A stretch of DNA of 12,136 nt, taken from NCBI GenBank assembly GCA_005222975.1, contig NJBI01000080.1, positions 1 to 12,136 of the forward strand, in the 5' to 3' direction. This DNA comes from Promethearchaeota archaeon Loki_b31 (GTDB lineage: Archaea > Asgardarchaeota > Lokiarchaeia > Sigyniarchaeales > SOKP01). A program made the translations under genes and the position numbers. The notes under the pieces are model-generated. The model did not search any database. It had not been told where the DNA came from and was given only the letters and a program-made list of their open reading frames with translations. Positions 7,603-12,136 of this stretch are shown in pieces (positions within the stretch are counted from its first letter, which is position 1; each line of letters opens with the position of its first letter).

Positions 7603-7644
7603 ATTGATCTTTTATTTCTATAATTGAAATAATCTATGATCAAT
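7603..7644. repeat. Interrupted inverted repeat immediately upstream of purB
   Basis: ATTGATC (7603-7609)/GATCAAT (7638-7644) encloses TTATTTC (7612-7618)/GAAATAA (7626-7632) with a 7-nt loop. It ends 9 nt before the purB ATG. Confidence 0.5.
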
Positions 7645-7739
7645 TATTATTCTTTTTTTAAATTTCTATTAAAAAGCGAATATCTACGAAAATTTAATTT
7701 ATTATTACTTTTTATTTAAAAAATTTTGAAAATAAGATT

Positions 7740-8468
7740 TTAGTTCTGATGACCTGTTCTCCTAGCGGCTATTTGTCCCACCTTTCTACCGGGAGGGGCA
7801 TTTCTAGAGGTTGTTGTTGGCTTATGAGGACTTTGTTTTGCACCTCCTCCGTAGGGGTGACTTGCTGCGTTCATCGTGACTCCACGAACAACCGGCCATT
7901 TTTTAGCTTTAGATCTTACATAATGGAATTTATTACCGGCTTTTAAAAATGGTTTATCGGTTCTTCCGCCACCAGCAACAACTCCAACGGTACAAAGGCA
8001 ATTTTCATTAAACCATTTAGTTTTTTTTGATCGAAATAACACTTCAATGTTTTTACCCGATTTATTCCTTATAATGGCGCCTACTCCAGATGCTCTCGCA
8101 AATTTGCCACCATCTTGCGGAGTTCCCTCAATATTAAATACAAGAGTTCCTAAGGGGATTTTTTTCACAGGTAAGATATTTCCTACTTTCACTTCTTGGC
8201 CATATCCCGTTTTAGACTGAATAAATTCTTGTCCTTCATAAATTCCTTCTGGAGGTAACCATAAACTTTTTTCCCCATCTTCGTAACTAATTCTAGCTAC
8301 TGGAGCACCTCTACCTGGAGCGTGAACGAATTCAATCACTTTAAATTTAAACAATTTTTCATTTTTCTTGAAGGGACGATACTTTACCTTTCCTACATGT
8401 CGGTGACTTGGAGATCGAGCCCATAAATGGCCGTATCCTTTTCTTTGAGCTAAAATTCGCTTTCCCAT
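7740..8468 (-). CDS. rpl2: 50S ribosomal protein L2 (uL2), archaeal type, 242 aa
   Basis: MGKRILAQRKG N-terminus, HAPGRGAP, GGKFARASG, GGGRTDKP, WPVVRGVTMNAASHPYGGG and APPGRKVGQIAARRTG. ATG 8468 is preferred over GTG 8477, whose GTGA resembles an SD sequence. Confidence 0.97.
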   Translation of the reverse strand: MGKRILAQRKGYGHLWARSPSHRHVGKVKYRPFKKNEKLFKFKVIEFVHAPGRGAPVARISYEDGEKSLWLPPEGIYEGQEFIQSKTGYGQEVKVGNILPVKKIPLGTLVFNIEGTPQDGGKFARASGVGAIIRNKSGKNIEVLFRSKKTKWFNENCLCTVGVVAGGGRTDKPFLKAGNKFHYVRSKAKKWPVVRGVTMNAASHPYGGGAKQSPHKPTTTSRNAPPGRKVGQIAARRTGHQN

Positions 8469-8575
8469 AAAGATCACTTACTATCGAATTAGTAATATCT
8501 AATTAATAAAAGTTTAAATTTTTTATTATTTTAGTTAGAATTTATTTAGTTTTAAGATAAAACAAGAGAAACAAA

Positions 8576-9934
8576 TCATAATTTTTTATTTTTCAATAAC
8601 TCGTCTATATTATAATTAAAAGCTATTGGAACTTCTCTATCGATAAACTCCCCAGCAATGTTAGCTAACAATAGCTCTTTGATTTCTTTTAGATCGTTTG
8701 TTTGGCCTAATACCCAACCTAATTTGACGTACCCAACTTCTGGCAAGAGGTTCCTACCTGGAATAACACCTAAATGTTGTAATTCTCTCCCAGTGGAATA
8801 CACATTCATCCCTACAAAACCATGTAAAGTTTGTGTGATCATAAGAATAGTAATTCCTTCTTGAATAGCTCTTTCAATAGCATTATAAACATATGTGCTG
8901 ACATGTCCAAGCCCTGTTCCAGCAAATACTATACCTTTATAACCCTTATCTATATAAAATTCAATTTGTTCATTTTCCAGTCCGGGATAAGAATAAATGA
9001 GAGCTACTTTCTTCTCAAAATTCGTATTGATAGTAGTTTCAGATCGACTTCGTTTTCTGTAATTATTTTTAAATGTTTTAATCTTCCTGTCCCTTACCAT
9101 CCCTAACGGAATATCATCAATAGTACGAAAAGTATCTCTTACTGAGGAATGCATTTTTCTTACTATTGTTCCTCTATGAATTAATCCATAATCATGTGAA
9201 GGAGAACCTAGCATAGTTATTACAACCTCAGCTATATCAGAAGTAGCTACAGTAGCAGCGTTTATCAGGTTTAAAGCAGCATCAGAGGAAGGACGATCGG
9301 AGCTTCTTTGACTCCCTGTTAACACAACTGGAATAGACAAATCTTTTAACATGAAAGATAAAGCGGCGCTAGTAAATGTCATAGTATCTGTTCCATGTCC
9401 TATAATTACTCCATCAAAACCAGAATCTATGGCTTGTTTAACTTTTTCTGCTAATTTTTGCCAATATTCAAATTTCATATTTTCTGATAATATCTCAAAA
9501 ACAATTTCGCAATCAATATTACAAATTTCTGCCAATTCGGGTACGGAACTAAATAACTCACTTGGGGTAAAAGAAGGTATAACCGCCCCAGTCGTATAAT
9601 CTAATCTTGAAGCAACCGTTCCTCCAGTTCCTAATAATTGAAGCTTAGGCAAATCTTTATTGTATGGAAATTCTTTTTCTGGAAGTTTGTAATTAGCTTC
9701 TCTTTTTCCAATTTTTTTTATATTTTGTATCTCAGAGACATTTATTCCAACATTATAGTTGTTTTCTAACTTGATTTCTATAAAATCAGGAGCAGAATAT
9801 TCACTTCTTGGCATTACTATTCCTTCTAATTTTGTTTTATTTGTAGTGATTTGAATGATATCCCAGATCTCAATTGTATACTTTTTTAGAAGATCTATAG
9901 ATTTGCCTTTATATCCTTTTAGTTTATCTTCCAC
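8576..9934 (-). CDS. gatD: Glu-tRNA(Gln) amidotransferase subunit D, 452 aa (GTG start)
   Basis: GatD N-domain (IKLENNYNVGI), asparaginase-like TGGTVASRLDYTTG, HGTDTM, GSQRSSDRPSSD, RKMHSSVRDTF and GTGLGH. Adjacent to gatE. Confidence 0.97.
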   Translation of the reverse strand: MEDKLKGYKGKSIDLLKKYTIEIWDIIQITTNKTKLEGIVMPRSEYSAPDFIEIKLENNYNVGINVSEIQNIKKIGKREANYKLPEKEFPYNKDLPKLQLLGTGGTVASRLDYTTGAVIPSFTPSELFSSVPELAEICNIDCEIVFEILSENMKFEYWQKLAEKVKQAIDSGFDGVIIGHGTDTMTFTSAALSFMLKDLSIPVVLTGSQRSSDRPSSDAALNLINAATVATSDIAEVVITMLGSPSHDYGLIHRGTIVRKMHSSVRDTFRTIDDIPLGMVRDRKIKTFKNNYRKRSRSETTINTNFEKKVALIYSYPGLENEQIEFYIDKGYKGIVFAGTGLGHVSTYVYNAIERAIQEGITILMITQTLHGFVGMNVYSTGRELQHLGVIPGRNLLPEVGYVKLGWVLGQTNDLKEIKELLLANIAGEFIDREVPIAFNYNIDELLKNKKL

Positions 9935-11854
9935 TTATTTCATCTCCTTTAATTTGTTTGATATTTGTATCTTCAATTCTTTAGAAACGATCTCACCATC
10001 TATTTTTCCCCGTACTTTTTTCATCACTTCTCCCATTAGTGGTCCCATGGATCTCATTCCTCTTTCTTTAATGATTTTTGGGTTTTTATTTATAACTTCT
10101 TTGATTATTATTTTTAAATCTTCAACTGAAAGAGTTTCAAGATGTAGTTTCTCGATTGATTGTTCGATAGAGAGATTTGGAGAATCTGCTTTTAATCTCA
10201 TTATATCTTCGATAGCTTCCTTTCCAATTTTTTTATTTTTCAATTCTAGGAAGATTTTTTTATAATCGTCATTAGTTATATTTTCTATTATTTTTCCTTC
10301 CCGCTTAATTGCTTTTGCTGTGTTTAATAATGTTGTTATGATTATTGAAGGTTTCGCTGGGTAAATATCTATTAAGCTGTCAAATAGAGATAACTGCCCA
10401 TTAAAAATTAATTTTTTAATGGAACTCTGTTCAACTTTGTACATTTTAGCATAATCTTCAATTATATCCCAAGGATAATTAGGTAAAGTCTTTTGAATTT
10501 GTTTAGTTTCTTCTATTGTATTCATTATTGCTTGTGAATCTGTATCAGGATATAAACGTGCCCCACCATGTAATTCTCTCAAAAATTCCGTATTTCCATC
10601 ATCAAGTGCTTTTCTTGTCTCAGGCGGAACACCTTTAAAAATATACTTTATCCGATTAATGATTATATCTGCTGCTATTTTAAGTTCTTTAATAGTCCCC
10701 AAAACTAAAACAAAGCAATCTTTTTCTTTTGAATTCAACTTATTTTGGATTTTTTTTATTTCGTCTTGAGAAAAATTATAATTTTCTAATTTTTCATCAG
10801 AATGAATAATCCCTTTTAGGCCTGAAATAACTTTTACCTTACTACTTACCTCGGTACCGAATCTATAATTCTCCATTAGCTCCTTTCCAAAAATACCTTT
10901 GAAACCTTTAAAATTTAAACCATAGAGTTTTTTTCCCGATTTTATACCAGTTGCAATGGACTTTGATCCAGTTTTTCCCATTAAACTAGTTAAATCTACG
11001 GGCTCTTGAGGGATGTCATTTTCACTTATTTTTCGATTCTTTAATTGTTCTCTAATCTCTATTAGGTTAAGTTGACGTAAAATTTCATGATTAACCAATA
11101 AGGTTATCCAACTCAATTTTTGAACTCCTTTAATTTCAATCCGGGTTCCAGATTTAATGCTTACATTAATATCTTGCCTGATTGAGCCAAGAACTTTTTT
11201 TACATTAGTTATCCACAGTAATAATCCAATCCTTTCAGCACATTCTCTACATTCTTCAGGTGTATTTATATCCGGTTGTGTTGTTACTTCTACTAATGGA
11301 ATTCCAAGGCGATCTAGTCTGTAAAAATTAGTTTTATTTTCAGTTTTTATTTTCCTAGCAGCTTCTTCTTCTAAGCTTAATATAGCGATTCTGATTTTTT
11401 TACCGTTCTTCAAAGTTATGTATCCATCTGTTCCCAAAATCATTGTGCGCTGAAACCCAGAAGGGACGCTTCCATCAAGATAATTTTTCCTACTTACATG
11501 CATCTCTTCAATAATATTTGCATTAAGAAGTAAAGCTAATTCTAAGGCAATTTTTCTAGCTTCCTCATTACAGGAAAACGGTGGGGTATCGTCTAACTCG
11601 TAAGTACAAATTACGTCGTTGTAACCTTCATAAATGATAGTCTTACCCTTTTTATATTCTGTCAGCATAGCTTCATCAAATGTGCCCATTTCTCCCAAAA
11701 CAGGTCTCATATACCTCTTTGTGTAAAAATCGGGCACCCTAGTTCCTTGAAGTTTACTTGGGCATCTACAAAACAGTTTAGTTTCTGTATCAAGCTGCTG
11801 ATGAATTTCTAAGCCACATTTTAATCCTAATTCTTCATAATCGAAATTGTACAT
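9935..11854 (-). CDS. gatE: Glu-tRNA(Gln) amidotransferase subunit E, 639 aa
   Basis: GLKCGLEIHQQL..KLFCRC, DGSVPSGFQRT, RLDRLGIPLVEV, IRQDINVSI, RIEIKGVQ, GVPPETR, GGARLYPDTD and C-terminal MGPLMGEVMKKVRGKIDG. Confidence 0.97.
   Translation of the reverse strand: MYNFDYEELGLKCGLEIHQQLDTETKLFCRCPSKLQGTRVPDFYTKRYMRPVLGEMGTFDEAMLTEYKKGKTIIYEGYNDVICTYELDDTPPFSCNEEARKIALELALLLNANIIEEMHVSRKNYLDGSVPSGFQRTMILGTDGYITLKNGKKIRIAILSLEEEAARKIKTENKTNFYRLDRLGIPLVEVTTQPDINTPEECRECAERIGLLLWITNVKKVLGSIRQDINVSIKSGTRIEIKGVQKLSWITLLVNHEILRQLNLIEIREQLKNRKISENDIPQEPVDLTSLMGKTGSKSIATGIKSGKKLYGLNFKGFKGIFGKELMENYRFGTEVSSKVKVISGLKGIIHSDEKLENYNFSQDEIKKIQNKLNSKEKDCFVLVLGTIKELKIAADIIINRIKYIFKGVPPETRKALDDGNTEFLRELHGGARLYPDTDSQAIMNTIEETKQIQKTLPNYPWDIIEDYAKMYKVEQSSIKKLIFNGQLSLFDSLIDIYPAKPSIIITTLLNTAKAIKREGKIIENITNDDYKKIFLELKNKKIGKEAIEDIMRLKADSPNLSIEQSIEKLHLETLSVEDLKIIIKEVINKNPKIIKERGMRSMGPLMGEVMKKVRGKIDGEIVSKELKIQISNKLKEMK
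9943..9948 (-). promoter_or_regulatory. Shine-Dalgarno-like AGGAGA for gatD inside the 3' end of gatE (probable translational coupling)
   Basis: The minus strand reads AAAGGAGATGAAATAA-GTG, so the gatE stop TAA directly abuts the gatD GTG. Confidence 0.6.
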
Positions 11855-12026
11855 ATTAAATCATTTAAGAATAATATACTACTACTATAAACTGTTTAAT
11901 TCATTTTATAATTTTAATATATTGTATGTAAATACATTAAGATAGTAAATCAAACTTATTTTTATTGCCCTTATGCAGTTGATAGAATGCTTATTAGGTA
12001 TAGTAAGAATTTAGCGGTGCAATACT

Positions 12027-12136
12027 TTAGAATTTAGAATAGCAATATCGTGCTTTGATGTCATCTTGAACAGCTCTTGGTAGTTCTGTATACCTAGCAC
12101 TGTAACCTGATACTCTAACCATCAAATCTTTGAATA
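12027..12136 (-). CDS. 3' end of a glycyl-radical enzyme (pyruvate formate-lyase family), truncated by the window edge; not in the ORF track
   Basis: The minus-strand frame from 12134 reads FKDLMVRVSGYSARYTELPRAVQDDIKARYCYSKF* (TAA 12029-12027). This contains the glycyl-radical loop RVSGY and the downstream Q-x-x-I-x-x-R pattern. Confidence 0.88.
   Translation of the reverse strand, partial: FKDLMVRVSGYSARYTELPRAVQDDIKARYCYSKF

Noticed and set aside
7749-10265. + strand ORFs 7749-7946, 8658-8864, 8831-9106, 9351-9599 and 9855-10265
   Set aside because: Antisense shadows of rpl2, gatD and gatE.

Overview
AT-rich archaeal window. GatDE, an archaeal uL2 and a stand-alone Roadblock protein fit an Asgard (Lokiarchaeia-like) genome, though this taxonomy is inferred. 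Left to right it holds: the 3' end of a NikR-like regulator (+), nadC (-), an alpha/beta hydrolase (+), then on the minus strand a Roadblock/LC7 protein, a YfcE/Vps29-like metallophosphoesterase, a CPBP/CAAX protease, a PfkB kinase, purM, purB, an isolated rpl2, gatD, gatE and the 3' end of a glycyl-radical enzyme. The standout result is the hydrolase. It appears to start at 1159, not 1324, and its conserved HPHPQ-YGGxM motif is split by a 33-nt insertion (1278-1310) carrying an in-frame UGA. The insertion junctions fold into a canonical bulge-helix-bulge (3-4-3) motif. Cutting at the standard BHB positions removes exactly those 33 nt and restores a 213-aa ORF. This is a candidate tRNA-splicing-endonuclease-type intron in a protein-coding mRNA.
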